Part shown: positions 1-15,504 of the stretch, one piece after another
Layout: every line of letters starts with the position of its first letter
Position numbering within the stretch: position 1 is the first letter of the stretch
From: Octopus vulgaris
Taxonomy: Eukaryota
Reading direction: 5' to 3'
Assembly: GCA_951406725.2 (NCBI GenBank)
Contig: OX597814.1
Coordinates: 17,794,001-17,858,000 of the forward strand
Length of the DNA stretch: 64,000 nucleotides
Made by a program: the position numbers and the translations under genes
Notes under the pieces: generated by a model
Seen by the model: only the letters and a program-made list of their open reading frames with translations
The model's database searches: none
What the model was told of the DNA's origin: nothing

Positions 1-207
1 GTTTAAAAAAATGTTTTGGGACCAGGACTAACTGACCATCCCACATGTCCTTAATCTGCCAACACTGCTACAATACAAAAGCGCAAACAACAACAGCAAT
101 AAAATAACAATAGTAATAATAATAATAATAATAACACGAAAATTTTAAAAACAAACTTCAGAAAAGAAAAATAAGAACAAAATACTATGAAACAAGTGTC
201 AAGGCAA

Positions 208-352
208 CCTCCTCCTCCTCCTCCTCCTCCTCCTCCTACTACTACTCCTACTCCTACTACTACTATTACTACTACAACTACTACTGCTGCTACTACTACT
301 ACTGCTGCTACTACTACTACCACCACCACTACTACCACTACTACCACCACTA

Positions 353-428
<76 letters not shown>

Positions 429-528
429 CACTTCCTCCACAACTCCCACCAATGCAAACTACCACCCACTGTGTGTGTGTCTGTGTACATATACATATAT
501 ACATATATATATGTACACATAAATAAGT

Positions 529-602
<74 letters not shown>
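208..602. repeat. Compound microsatellite block (CCT, ACT/ACC, TG, GATA, GA), representative of dozens across the window
   Basis: Directly visible; comparable blocks near 4.4-4.9, 9.56-9.75, 15.2-15.5, 27.2-27.6, 29-30.2, 35.5-36.7, 41-45, 51.9-52.3 and 57.0-57.4 kb. Confidence 0.95.
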
Positions 603-605
<3 letters not shown>

Positions 606-1385
606 AACAGAAAGGCAGAGACTGACAGATATAACCGAAAATTATTTACCTAAATTCTTTCATAGGTCCCTGAAAATTACGAATATACGGCATAGGAAAA
701 AGGTACGCATCTCTTTATAGCTTTTATTCAATCGAACGTAGGATGGCTGAATAGAATTTTCAATCCGGGTGGCTTTGAACTGCACAACGTAAAGAGGCGT
801 AACTGAACGTAGCAACACCTTTCTTCTGACATTCTATCTATTCAGTCATAACTTATTATATTGGTAAGACATAAAGTCTATGACGAGCTTACTGAGGTAG
901 ACTTTATGGCTTTTAAATCTATGTCACAAATTTTTAGTACGTCGCCTCTACCTTAAATCTTTTTTTTTTATCATTGTATTTCTGTTTTATGACACTATAC
1001 TGCAAGTTGTTTTCCTTGTTGACCGAAAAAAACCTATGATCAAAGCATGTTTGTCGTGGCTACCCCGCCTTTCCATTCCGAGCATAATGTAGTGTATGAT
1101 CTGCAGGAACAATGGCTGCTCTTTCTTTCGTGTCACCTCATCATGTTGAATTCTCCGAGTCAATAATGTTTCAGTGCTCAACTCAGCTTTATCACATGCG
1201 GTGTTCACTGATTAAACAACACATTAGATGTGTGTTTCAGCCATTGCACCCGTGCATATCTCCGGTCTGTCATGATCGAAGATACTTGAAATCAAAGGTG
1301 TTCTAGATGTGAAAATCCCATCTTTTACAGATTAAAGACTACTTTATGCAATGTTTCCTTACTGTTGTTAGGACAGAAATGTGTG

Positions 1386-1667
1386 GTGGAGGCACATGGC
1401 CTAGTGGCTGGAGCACCGGACTCGCGGTCAAGGGATCGCGGGTTCGAATCTCAGACCGGGCGATTGTGTGTGTTTATGAGCGAAGCACCTAAGCTCCACG
1501 CGGCTCCGGTAATGGCGAACTTCTGCTGACTCTTTCACCACAACCTTCTCTTACTCTTTCCTCCTGCATCTTGCAGCTCACCTGCGACGGACCGGCGTTG
1601 GGGAACCTTTACGCCAAGGAAACCGAGAAACCAGCCCTTATGAGCCAGGCATAGCTCGAGAAGGAAA
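1386..1667 (+). mobile_element. tRNA-derived SINE, head A + tail 2
   Basis: A box tggcctagtgg and B box ggttcgaatct; 13-bp TSD acagaaatgtgtg at 1373-1385 and 1668-1680; homologous to 38726-39022. Confidence 0.9.
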
Positions 1668-3628
1668 ACAGAAATGTGTGATGAAGGAGATTTCTTGCAA
1701 ATCTGGCAGCAGTTAGACACTCCCTCATTAACTTGTATGACATTATGATAACGATAACAACTGCAAAAACAAGAGCAGCAGCAACAGTGATTTAAAGAAG
1801 ACTTGCCAGCTATTTCCAGCAGGTCTTGTGACAGCTAAGGGACTTCTTTGTTAGTATACTTGTTTGGTTTATTCTTCTAATGACTTTAAAAATATACTAC
1901 CTCACTAAATGATCTTTTTAGGTAAATGTACACTCATTCATCAACTACATACTATACGCTGGGGTGTATTAACATCGTTATAGGTTTCTAAGCAAAGCAG
2001 TGCTGTGGGGCCACACCCTACGCAACCTTAACAGACATGGATTAGCATTAGGTCCCTAGACTTGAGGGCTTCAGAGCAACTACTCGCGGTGCCTTGTTTT
2101 AAGGCAGCACTGTCTAAATAAAGCTAAGGATGTGTTGTCTGTATCTTTCACAAATAGGAACTAATTTTCCTTCAAAATCTGCATACCGTCCTAAAAAGGG
2201 AAGGGGTCATATATATATGGAAGATAATGTGATCGTGGAAACATTATACTTCAAGGAAAGGCTGTATGACGACAGCTCCAGCGTCTTGAACGCCTTTGAT
2301 CTTAGTTCTGCTCCATCAACTCTGACACCACTAACAACCTATCAGACACTCTATATTAAATTAAGCCAGATACCTTAACCATAAATCGAGGTAATCGTTT
2401 TAGACTATTCGACACTAGTTAAGTAGAATATGATAACGAATCATTAACTTTTGAAAAAAACAAAATTTGCTTTCATATTCCCACACTACACCAAAGCACT
2501 GTTATAAAATGTCTTCAGTGTAGAAAAGTGTGGGCTCTTCATCTTACAATGAGACTTGGTCTACCATCGAAGTTTTCTCTCTTCTTCCTTTAGCTGTATT
2601 AAACCTTTTTGTGAACATTTGTTATTGGCCAAAGCGGACTAGTTCCAGTTTCCTTGTCTTCTTTTCCTTCGCTTCAAGACGAGGTTTTGTGGTTAGATTT
2701 CTAAATCTATTCTTTCAGACGCAGACCATCACAAACATACCTACTCATGTGAATACCCAAACTTAGGACATGATCCTAATATTGATTCTATATATCTATT
2801 TAACGGTTTCAATTCATTTATTATTTTCATTCTTCTTACTCTTTTTATGTAGATGCTCGAAGGAAAGCATCCATTGAGCATGCCATACAATCAAAAGTAT
2901 TACACTCATGATCATCCCATTTAATTTTCAGGCAGTCTTTCTCAGACAATACTATAAAATGTGTCCATCATCTATTATAACAGGAGATCGTAATTTCAAG
3001 AAAATTTAGCTACTATTTCTAACAAGTCGATGAAAGCGTAATGTACAAATTTGCAACACCACCATTTTTTTTTCTTTCCTTTTACATTGGAGTCCACTCT
3101 ATTGGGGTTAGTTTGCCAGTCTGATGATAATATTTCTCACCTCTTTCATTATGAAGGGCCCCTGACAAAGGTGTTTTGGATGCTATTTATCCTTCTTGGA
3201 CTATGTCATGGCGATCGTTACCAATCTTGCTAGCCATTGATCAATGCATATGTAAATACAGTATATCGAATTAAGAAGTTCTGAATCTCAAATAATATGT
3301 AAACAGAATGAAGATAAAGAAAACGAACATCATATAGTTTCTGATTGTTGTTGCTGCTGTTAGTGCTGTATGTAGTGGTGACAAAAGGAGTAAATAATGG
3401 TGGCACAAAGGAATATGTCGCTCCTAGTGTGGTGGTGGTGGTGGTGGTGGTAGCGGTAGTGGTTGTGGTATAGTTGTATATGATAGCAGTTTTGATGTTA
3501 ACAGTGGTAATGAATGTACTGAAATACAGGGTGTAAACAGGGTAAAAAACCACCACATACATGTATAAATGAATGTAGGGCTGTATATGTGTTTGCGTGT
3601 GTGTGAGAGAGGGGAGAGAGAGAGAGAA

Positions 3629-3662
<34 letters not shown>

Positions 3663-3905
3663 TATAAAAAAGGGGGAGAAAGAGAACCAAAGCAGAAAGC
3701 AAAAAAACATAGGGTGAAATGACAAACAAGCAACAAACAACACGTAAAGACAAAGAGTGAAAGACACATGTAGTGATATACGTGCAAACATACGCGCACA
3801 TCCATACGCACAAACACTTACAAAGACGTTTATGTTCTAAGTATATGTATATGTATGTGTGCCCGTGTATGTAAATGTATGTCCGTGTAAATATATATGT
3901 ATATC

Positions 3906-3970
<65 letters not shown>

Positions 3971-4387
3971 TGCGCGCCACACACACATATATATGTATGT
4001 TGTGGGTATATATGAATATATATATGCAAACGGATGAGAAATTCGTTGAGTGTATGTCAGGCAGTATGTTTGAGGGGAATGTACTTACTACAAGTCAAGT
4101 TTTATCCTCTTGAAGATAATTAGAAATGTATGTGACAGTAATATATATATATATATATATATGTTCAGATATATATATGTCTATATATATGTATAAATGT
4201 GTGTGTGCGTGTATGTATGTATGTATGTATCAGTAATAACTGCTTGTCCATGTGTGCGTAAATCTTAAAACGTGATCGTATATCAATACCTTTATATTTA
4301 TATTTGTACATCCATAAGTGACTTTCTGTACATGAGCATGTGTGAGAGCGCATAAGCGTATGTGTGTGTGACTGAGTGTGTGTGTGT

Positions 4388-4447
<60 letters not shown>

Positions 4448-4558
4448 AGATGCGAGTTCCTTGTATTTTTCAGTGCTTTTGCGATTAGAAAATCTTATAT
4501 ACGCCTTGCAGTTGAATCACTAGACACCACTGCATGCGTACGTCTTTTCAGCATCTTT

Positions 4559-4624
<66 letters not shown>

Positions 4625-4751
4625 CACACACACAAACACACACACACACACACCGGCACAGTCAAACGCGCACTCATACGGACTAAACGTTTATCTAAAC
4701 GTCCCTTTACACCTCACCTCTAGCACTTCTGCATATATATGTATATATATA

Positions 4752-4785
<34 letters not shown>

Positions 4786-4802
4786 TATGTATATATATTA
4801 TA

Positions 4803-4892
<90 letters not shown>

Positions 4893-5708
4893 TTTCGTCT
4901 CATATATATTATATACACACATTCACACACACACACACACTATCTCTCTCACATACACACACGCACAAACATACATAAATATATATGCATGTCTGTATAT
5001 ACGTATATATGTGTGCGGACGTTTATATCAATTTTTGCATCTCTCGCTCTTTCTTTCTTTCTTTCTCTCTTTCTCTCTCCCTTTCTCTCTGTCGTGTGTG
5101 AACAATCTATGATACGCTTATATTGTTATCATGTTGCTGAGTCGCCCTTGAATGACAGCCTTCAAATGCTGATATGAAACCTGATATGAACCCCTCTAAC
5201 AGTTCCATTGTGGGAATCCGTATGTAAGTTTACAGATCGCATTGTTAGGTTTCTCGTCTTCTGGCAATCACAGAATAGGATGCGTTGATTTTTTTTTTTT
5301 GTCAAAAACATACGTTATCATCACACTACTAAGGCACAATGAAGGAACTCTCTATGGGTTTGCTAAACCAGTCCGAAAATATACTGTTTTATAGCAGGAA
5401 AGTATTATTTCGACATGAAGCCCGGCATACACTATTCTTGGAGAAATGGGATAGAATACCTTCCTGCTGGATTGGAGTTGACCAGGTGCTAAACAACAAG
5501 AACAAATGTGACATCTACATTTTCAGTATTGTAAGAAAAGGCTGTAAATTTGAGATGTCCTGGTTCCACATTGGTTCCCATAGAGACCATTTTATTACAG
5601 TAAAATAAAGGTAACTTGAATGATATGGCGGCGTAATAAAATCCTTTGATCCCACAATGGTCATTCGTCGAGGAACAGTAGAGAGAGCTAAACGGTTGTC
5701 GTTTAGTT

Positions 5709-5942
5709 TAAGGCGGCGAGCTGGCAAAAACGTTAGCGCGCCGGGCGAAATGCTTAGCGGTATTTCGTCTGTCGTTACGTCCTGAGTTCAAATTCCGCCG
5801 AGGTCGACTTTGCCTTTCATCCTTTCGGGGTCTATAAATAAAGTACCAGTTACGCACTGGGGTCAAGGTAATCGACTTAATCCGTTTGTCTGTCCTTGTT
5901 TGTCCTCTCTGTGTTTAGCCCCTTGTGGGTAATAAAGAAATA
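5709..5942 (+). mobile_element. SINE family C, full length
   Basis: aaggcggcgagctggc...gagttcaaattcc head and gtcgactttgcctttcatcctttcgggg core; 15-bp TSD ggttgtcgtttagtt at 5694-5708 and 5943-5957. Confidence 0.9.
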
Positions 5943-6775
5943 GGTTGTCGTTTAGTTCCAACATGTATAGGTCAAGGCCAGCACAAAGACAAAAACAAAA
6001 CCAAACAAAAAAAATTGAGAAGAAAGGGAGTATCAGGGGGTGACGTTTTCGAGTGAAGGAGTGGGTAAAGGGGTCGATACTGAGCCTAGGCATGATACAC
6101 AATATTTGTATTGAGCAATGACGGTTGTGTTGAATGGATGTCTTACATAACTAACAGAGGTTTTATATAACTAACTACTTTCCCGGAAGAGAAGCCGTTG
6201 TAATAACGATAACACAGCATATCAATGGACCCTAATATCGTGTGCTGACGAGTGAATGATTCGTCACCAAATCAGTTAGTTGACCTTTAGAAAACAGAGT
6301 AGGGTGTCTATGATTAACTTATGAAGAGATTTTGTAACTGAAAAGTACAGTCCATTAAATCACTCCTAATGTATAACTGGTATTTATTTTGTTGACCTTC
6401 ACATTTTTCTACGAATGATTTGATCCAGGAGAGAAGTGTGAAACCATAAATCTGATGCGAAGAGAGTTATTACCGTAAAACAGTTAAAGACGCCTCTTTA
6501 CCCTTTTTGTAAATGTAATTGTACAAGGATAAATGATTCAGAACTATTAAAAGAGATTACGAACGCTGCCCCCTCTTTGACATCACTAAATCAATCTGAA
6601 AAATAAAGAAAAATACGGCAAAAAAAACAAAACAATTTTAAAAGTAACGGGAAAGAAAATAAAAATTACTCGTAGGAAACGGCAACCATCTTGTCTCCTC
6701 AAAATATCGGTTCAACTAGTTTTACAAATTACCGTGCTGCTGCTACACCTCTTCCTCCTCCTCCTCCTCCTCCTC

Positions 6776-6808
<33 letters not shown>

Positions 6809-8572
6809 ATATGTAAGATTCTAGGAAATACATAACGTTTTTTTCTCTTCTTTTAAGGGCATTTCAAATAGATAAAAATAAAAGAAACCAAGGAAAAAGA
6901 ATTTTAAAAATAAGCAAAGAACTAAAACAGTTGAGAAAACTTTAAAAAAAAAAAAGCCCTAAACCCTTGGAAACCATTAATAAAAGCTAAATCCGTAACA
7001 TACATTAAACAGATACCTTATGCCTATGTTTTAGTCCCCACTTCTATCATCTACTTCTCTCTGCTAATTAAATTACTTAATGCTGACAGTAACGTCATTT
7101 GATCATCGGCTTTTAATTTTACGCCCTCAAGGAGAAAAAAAAAACAAGAGAATTTTGTTGTAAACATGAGAAAAACAACCCCCTGCTCCATGTAATTTTG
7201 AAGCGATTCGCCCTCTAAACACGGCTCTTTTGCTCGTCCAAGCAGTTATTAATCTTTCTGGTACCACCCGACTGTCAACTGGTTAAGATAAATTCAACTT
7301 TTTTTTTTTTTGTGAGAGAAGGGGGTACTTTTTGTTGTTTTTAATTTTCGGAAGAGGGTTTCTTGTTTTCAATGCAACAGAAGTCAACAATATTGTATAC
7401 TTGAATAAGTCCTACTAGTTTAGATGAAAATACAGTCCGTTAAAAGCAATATATATAAATAGATCTGGTTCAGAGAAGCAGATCTATCTATATATATATA
7501 TTGCTGGTACATACCCTCATAGTCTTCCTCCAATACACGTATGATGCATAAAACCAATGCCAGTTAATCTATTAAATCTGAACTCAGAATTTTATTTAAC
7601 CGACTAAAATTTGGTTCTGTAAAATAAAATTTACACCAATTTTCAAACGCCACATCTTTCCACATCGTTTTGGTGATATAGAATTAATTCTGACTTAGAA
7701 CACATAATCATATAACGAAAATAGTTTTCTCAGCGACTTCATTGGTCATTTGGTATGTTAGCTGGCTTGGTTTCAAATGCTGGTTCAATTTTTCTTTTTT
7801 AAACTCAGTCTCATTTACGAACTGATTGCATACATAGCCTTTGTAGAACGTCCCAGGCTGTTGAGTTTGATGCAGTTGAACCATTTTCCACAGAGTTTGC
7901 TGAAAGTGAAAACTATAACAGTGCTCAGTTTCCAGGAACTTGCAAGAAGAATTAAAAACGAATTAAAGCAAGGAAAATTTTGAACATTTTTTTTTTTTGC
8001 TATGTTTATATGAAGGGAGATAAAATAAGGATTAAAGATGTGTGTAGCAAGCGAGTTTGAATGACGTTATATCCAGCGTATTCAATGTAGAATGCAGAAT
8101 TGTTCTTAGTTTAAAAACTAGGTACCCAAATAATTATTGCGTTGTTGTCAGTGGTGGTGTCAATATGATGATCTTGAATATTCGGTTAGCCTTAATGGAA
8201 CAAAACTATAACCTAAAGCATTTCAGCGATAGTCACCAATCATTTGATATATGCCAGGGACTAAGTTCTATGTGTGCTATTTTTTAAAGGACATTAGGTT
8301 TAAATTTGATGAACATTTTCTCATTGATATTTCTAAATGTTTGAACGACAACATAAATGATATCTCAGTGGCTTATCATTTCCTCAATGTTTCAGATTGC
8401 TGAGCGGAAATTTGTCAATCACATTGGTAAGGTCGGTACTAAGATACTTAACGTAGTCAGCCAAGAAATTTTGATTATTCAAAATTGTATTGTTAGTGAT
8501 AGACAGATTTATTTGCTTAATCTTAAATTCTGGTCAAGAAAGACAAGGAAGACAATCCTGAAATATTAATTA

Positions 8573-8969
8573 CTAGCAGTATCGCCCGGCGTTGCTCGGG
8601 TTTCTAAGGGACATAACTATATAAGCATTTTTAGAGAGTTATAGCCAAAAAATAGCAAAAAATGCATTAAAAATGGAAAAAAAAATGATGGTAAATGTTT
8701 TTAAAAATCGTTGACTCATCGTAGACATTTTTAGAGAGTTACTTCCCTTATATAATAGCGAAAAAATGCATTAAAATGGAAAGAAATGATGGTAAATTTT
8801 TTTTTAATCGTAGACTCATCGTAGACGCGCGCTAATACCCAGAAGGGCTCGATATGAATCACGACTATAAGATACCCGGTTTTGGTTAAACTGCACCGCA
8901 AAATGTTGGAGTAGTTAGGAATCTAAATCGTAGGAGACAGACACACAACTTGACTTTTATATATAAAGA
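8573..8969 (-). mobile_element. Non-autonomous Helitron
   Basis: Minus strand starts TC(tttatatataaaag) and ends with hairpin cccgagcaacgccggg followed by CTAG; lies between A and T with no TSD; second copy at 60980-61278. Confidence 0.85.
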
Positions 8970-9576
8970 TTTGAAAATTATTAGCAATAATGTTGATATT
9001 TTTTCTCATTAGTCCATCAGAAAAATAGTTTACTTTGGATCAGAGTACGTTGTCCAAAATTACTATGTGAGAAGGGGCGCTCCCATCCAGAGACATGGAT
9101 AGCCCTTAAATAAGTTTCGTGGTGGTGATTTCTGTATGAGTTAATAAATGTTTAGGGTTTAAAATTTTTCTTGTCTTGGAAAGAGAAGTAAACCTTAAAC
9201 TACTTATTTGTATTTATTTGTAATTTTTTTTATTTCTTTTAAAAATGGTTCCGGCTAGTTGGCTTTAACCATAGCTAGGAAACCTCAATTATTTGTTTAG
9301 ATTGATAAACGCCATTACAAAAAAAAAAAAAAAAAAAAAAAAACGAAAAGAAAATAAGAAAGAAATAAAAGATACGAAGCTTTCATCATCCAATTTCGGA
9401 TCCTCTTAAAACTACAGTGGCTTTTGTGCATTGTCAAAACATAGAAGTATATTAAGGAAATAGACTCAATTGCCGCTTCAGGCGTTAGTATGATGCTATT
9501 TGAAGACCTGAATAGCAGGAGGGGGAAAAAAACAAACAAGCAAAAATATATAAAAAGTCAAATAATAATAATAATG

Positions 9577-9753
<177 letters not shown>

Positions 9754-9866
9754 GCAATAATAATAATCATAGTTATTATTGGTGTTATTTTTATTATTAT
9801 GATTATTGAATTATACATAATCGCCATGAATACTCTAGAAAATTGCCGAGAGCTACCTTTTATTGA

Positions 9867-9929
<63 letters not shown>

Positions 9930-10417
9930 TTTATGTATTTATACATTTATATCTTGGTGCTTCTGGTTTCTGTTCTATATCTTTCGCTTTTTGTATGCTC
10001 TTTTATTTCTTCATTCTCTTTTTCCTGTTTTTTTCTTATTTTTCGCAGCGTTTATGAAAATTTTGCCCAAATACATAGCTATACATACATGCATTCATAC
10101 ATAAATACATACCTACAAGAATACATATATACACATTTCTATGCGTATATATATATATATATATATACACGTATATGTAGTCGTATATGTATATATGTGT
10201 CACTACGATTCTATATCCATGTGTATATCTTATCGATGTAACTAACGTAAATGTATATATATTTTTTTTTCTATCTTAAAATACATAATATATTTTTTTA
10301 TCTTACCGACATCTATCATATATATACATATATATTTTTTTCTGTTTTACCTACATCTATCTGCTTATCTTTCTATGCGTAGTAACGCATTCGCCTCCGC
10401 GCGCACACACATACGCA

Positions 10418-10478
<61 letters not shown>

Positions 10479-10839
10479 AATCCTATGAAATCTTAAGGAC
10501 TATGAACTGTCAATTCGTATGTCAAATTAGAATCATGCGCTACATTTGTGAGGTTTCATCAGGGTTCCAATTTCCCAATGCATTTATGTAAAACTAGGAC
10601 AAGATGAATGCTGAATAACAGTTTATTCTATAATTGTAAAAAAATACGACATATAGGTAATTTCTGCTTAGAAATATGCCCCACGGCGTCATCGTTAAAA
10701 TTTGTGTTTGAATTATGATGTTTACATTCATAAACTTATCATATTTTAAACACTTTATCATATATTTACGATGATCTTGTTGCTTGCTGAATTTTCTTTT
10801 TGCTATGTACCTGTAGATATAAAGAGATATGAATTTATA

Positions 10840-11370
10840 TATACGGGATATATAAAGTAAATAGGCATTAAAAATTGTTAATAAAATCCAGATACTTTTA
10901 CAAATTTATTGAAACAAATGTTATATGTTCTTTATTACATGGGGAATTGAAAATAAATCTTCATATTTCTACATTAGCAACGGTGGTGTCAACCAGTTTC
11001 CTCGAACGTCCAGAGATGGAACGAGTAACCTACTAAAGGATGTTATTTGGGATCCCCAAATGTCATCCAGCGTACATCTCTTTTGTGTAACCCCCACAGG
11101 TAAAAATCACATGGAGTGAGATCTAGACTTCTTGGAGTTCTGGACTTCTGGACATCTGTGTTCACAGTCTTCAGGTTTTAGCTCCTGCACGTTCACAGGG
11201 CCCGTGGTCATCAGCATTGCATGTCAATTATTTATTGTCTCCGGACACAGTGTTGCATGCTTACCTTTCCATGCACGCCACGATCTCTGAAACAAGACAA
11301 TGGAATTCCACACTTCATAGCGTGCTGCTGTCTTAGCTCGCTCGTGAACAGTCAAGCCACCAATAAATAT
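10840..11370 (-). pseudogene. Decayed, internally deleted Tc1/mariner-superfamily transposase
   Basis: Minus strand 11135-11091 reads PRSLDLTPCDFYLWG (the WPPRSPDLTPCDFxLWG motif); around 11360-11270 it reads LTVHERAKTAARYEVWNSIVLFQRSW, resembling the N-terminal HTH region. Frameshifted; boundaries approximate. Confidence 0.75.
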
Positions 11371-11584
11371 ATATGATTATATATATACATTGCATCTATA
11401 TAATATACTATATATTATATCATATATTATATATCGTGCTTATATACAAATTATGGTCAAAGAGAGTTCCATGTTACCGAAGAGGAATATTTCTATGGAA
11501 ATCTTTAAGGAGTAAAATGGACAGAATTACTAAGAAATTGTGTGTGTATGCGTGTGTGTATGTGTATGTGTGTGGTGTGTGTGT

Positions 11585-11636
<52 letters not shown>

Positions 11637-11955
11637 GGCAGGATTACGTTTTGATTCAAGTTCCATCAGGAATTGTTCTCTCATTCATTTCATGTGACAA
11701 TACGTTAATAAGTTTTAACAATAAAGTGTACCCTCAAATGCTCTCATCCGCCTAATGATCGCTATTGCATGAGACTTGAGTATCGAAAAACAAAGTATAC
11801 CAATAATATGCTACAAATACACGCATGCACGCACGCACATACAACATATAAGTATATACATGCACACAGATATAGAAAGCAAGAAAGACAGTGAAAGATA
11901 GAAACACATAAAAATACACACACATACATATATACATACATACATACATATATAT

Positions 11956-12000
<45 letters not shown>

Positions 12001-12464
12001 CATTTATAAGTCTGTGTTTGTGTGTGAATAAGTTTGTATTTTTGTAATAATTAAATTATGCATCATTATCTAATTATATATTTAGGAATGTTTAAAAAGT
12101 TTATTACGGTAGATAATTATGACAATAATTAGTGTAAAATCTGCAGTAGTGATGTTCATGATTGAATCTGTAAATAGATAATCGCTTATTGTTGATAAAT
12201 CTGTCATAGATGCCGTTCATTAAACATGCATAGCATGACAATCGATTTAAATTGAATCATATATGCACATGCGTCTCTACCTATTTATGCAGATTCGCAT
12301 ATATTTGCATACGTACATAAATACATATTCATGAGCATACACATATGTGTGTGCATGTGTGTGTATGTGCCTATGTTTGTGTGTATGTGTGTGTGCGTAT
12401 GTATGTATATATATATAGAGAGAGATAGATAGATAGATAAATAGATAGATTGATAGAAAGTGTG

Positions 12465-12499
<35 letters not shown>

Positions 12500-13470
12500 C
12501 AAATGAAAGTTGTACGGTACCGCTCGAGTGGAAATATATATATGAAAGAAGGTTTGAAAAATCAATTTTAAAGATGTTTATTGACTTGACCGGTTTCACT
12601 TTTTTCAGAAAAAGATTGTCAAAAGTAAAATGTAAATCTTTTACAAAGCTCTAACAGTTCAAATACTATGAAATAAGCATACTCAGTTTCATTTTTACCA
12701 AATAATTTTGGAAAATGAATGGGTTATTTTCCTTGGGTTTATAAAAGGACCCATTCCAGAGGCCATATTATCGATTTTTTCAACAATCTCAGTATGCCAT
12801 GAGGTTTCTAGACATGAGGTCTACTCATGTGTCAAGTTTCATCAAAATTGATAAAAGAATGTAGGTGGAATTAGCTAACAACTCCACGAACACAACCACG
12901 AGCAGAATTCCCCACATATGTAGATGTATGTGCATGTATATATATATATATATACATTTATATATATATGCATATACCTTTGTAATAACACACATTAATA
13001 CAGCTTGTGCTACACATACAGACACACACACATGCACAAATGAATTTCAAATACAAACACCAACAAATGTGAACCTTCGTATATCAGTACGCAATGAAGA
13101 ATACACCTTTAGTCTCACAACATTCCAAACAAGAAGGGACGTAAATGAGTATAAAATACAATCAAATAAACGAAATGATTAAATGCATATAAAAACAAAA
13201 TGGCTATTTTTGAAAGCGCAGCATACATAAGCTTTCAATAGGGGAGAGAGGTGGGGAGAAGATGTGTGAAAGCTATAGAGGGAAGGGGAGGAATAGTTGG
13301 TGTGGTGGTGGGGGGGGGGGGGGTTAGGGCTAAGAGAAGACTGGCGTTTGTAATAACAGATAAACTAAAGAAAAAGGGAGGGATTATCTAAGTCAGTACA
13401 CAAGGACAATGCTAATTCTAAATACCTCAGCGTTAATACTAACACCACCACTAGAAATAACTGTTGATAT

Positions 13471-13758
13471 AGGCGCAGGCGTGACTGTGTGGTAAAAAGC
13501 TTACCAACCACATGGTCCCGGGTTCAGTAACACTGCGTGGTACCTTGGGCCCGTCGTGTATATGTGTGTATGTATGTGTGAATGTGTGTGTGTGTGTGTT
13601 TGTGTATATATGTGTGTACCTATGTGTGCATGTCTGTGTGTCTTTACTGTACTCCCATAATTGCTTGACAACCAGCGTTGGTATGTTTACGTACCCGTAA
13701 CTTGGCGGTTCGGCAAGAGGGACCGATAGAATAAGTACTAGGCTAGAAAAGTAAGTTC
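13471..13758 (+). mobile_element. SINE family D, internally deleted copy
   Basis: ggcgcaggcgtgactgtgtggtaa head, internal (TG/TA)n, gtaacttggcggttcggcaa body. Confidence 0.8.
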
Positions 13759-14503
13759 TCGCACACACACACAAGTATACATAGATGTATGTATATACGT
13801 GAGTGTATACATACACACGCGTGTATGTATGTATGTATGTACGTGTAACAGCAAATCGAACCGCCACTCCTGTTTATATTTATATAGTCTCATATCTAAA
13901 TGAACTTTTTAATTAACTGATTTAATAAATCAAAAAAACCATGATGAAAGAAAACTTTAGCCTTCAAAATTCCCCTAAGGTTTAAAGTGTCGCTAACATA
14001 GCGAACGGTAGAGGAGAAGGATGAGGAAAAAAATGGCATATAACTTTATTACTCGCATGTAATCTTTCTCACTCTCATTTTCTCTCTCCCTTTATGTATG
14101 CATATGTGTGAGTGTATGTGTATGTGTGTGTGCGTACGCGTGTGATATACAAGTAGACTATTTTTCTGTACGTTGTGCAGTAGACCATGCACTGTTTTTA
14201 CTCTTTGAATTCGCAATAGCTGACAAGGTTGTTGATATGGTTGTTATTGTTGTTGTTTTCCTGGCAGCCATTGCTGCTGCTGTTGCTGCTGATACTGATT
14301 ATCATTAGTTTGCTCTTAAAAATTAGGCCTATATGCGAAGATGTTCCAGTTATGCACAACTATTCCGATTTTTAGTTTATATATTTTTGTAATTTTGATT
14401 CAGACACCGCAATTTTATTTAAAAACAGCCGACAGGATATGATACAAAGGAAATATAGCTGCTGTTTCTTTTAGACTAAGTGACTACGTAGAAAAGTTAA
14501 TAA

Positions 14504-14795
14504 AACGATAAACGTCGCCCTTTTCAAGCCTAGCCAGGCTAATGGGCCCGGTTTCCCCGGTTTCTGTGGCGTATATTTTCTCCCTAGCTGAACAGGACGC
14601 CAGTCAATCGCAGCATTACTCAAGAAACAGGAAGAGAGAGTGAGAGAAAGTTGTGGCGAAAGGGTACAACAGGGGTCGTGGAGCTTTTAGGTGTTTTCGC
14701 TCAATAAACACACACAACGCCCGGTCTGGGAATCGAAACCGCGATCCTCCGACCGCGAGTCCGCTGCCCTAACGACTGGGCCATTGCGCCTCCAC
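14504..14795 (-). mobile_element. tRNA-derived SINE, head A + tail 2 variant
   Basis: Reverse complement starts gtggaggcgcaatggcccagt and carries the ctgcgattgactggcgtcctgttcag...gaaaccggggaaaccgggccc tail; degenerate flanking repeat agaaaagttaa. Confidence 0.85.
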
Positions 14796-15191
14796 AGAAA
14801 AAGTTAACAACTTATGTCAAATATCAAGTTGGTAGGACTTCGGTCTTCTCAAAGACAAACTTATTAACCAGCAAGCTCCTGTGTTGCCCCTTTGCACTAT
14901 CCTTTGCAGAGGACAACAGGGAACAACTCAAGTGTTTGTCGTCATTGGACTGCAACAACTGCACTGCTATTTTGCTCATGAGCAAGAACACAAGAACATC
15001 CTGGCATTGTACTTACTTTTCCATGCAATAAGCGTTTGCTCCAGTCACGACTGGTCAAATTTGCACTGGCCGAATCACTCCAGCCGAAATCTACAATATT
15101 GGGGTCAGTGATGGAAACAGCGTGCCCTGCTCTAAGTGGGGATTGCGACCTGTGTGTTTTCCACAAAACACACACGTTCACCACACATCCG

Positions 15192-15222
<31 letters not shown>

Positions 15223-15282
15223 GGAATGCGCATACATGTATCCCTATCTATCTATCTATCTATCTATCTACCTATCTACCTA

Positions 15283-15342
<60 letters not shown>

Positions 15343-15388
15343 CCTACCTATCTACCTATCTACCTATCTGTCTGTCTGTCTATCTATA

Positions 15389-15504
<116 letters not shown>

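Noticed and set aside
51-606. Poly-Thr/Val/Ser ORFs, and the many YI/CV/HT/LSIY ORFs across the window
   Set aside because: Direct translations of microsatellites.
1020-1300. Possible RTE-like LINE C-terminus on the minus strand (also an L2/CR1-like trace near 18800-19100)
   Set aside because: Too degenerate to call by eye.
1860-1930. aatgatctttttag|gtaaat resembling the end of the LIM1 exon (NDFFR)
   Set aside because: In-frame stop a few codons upstream and no Cys/His LIM pattern.
5180-5690. Possible decayed mariner transposase (also about 7740-7990)
   Set aside because: Only faint motif resemblance; not supportable without a profile search.
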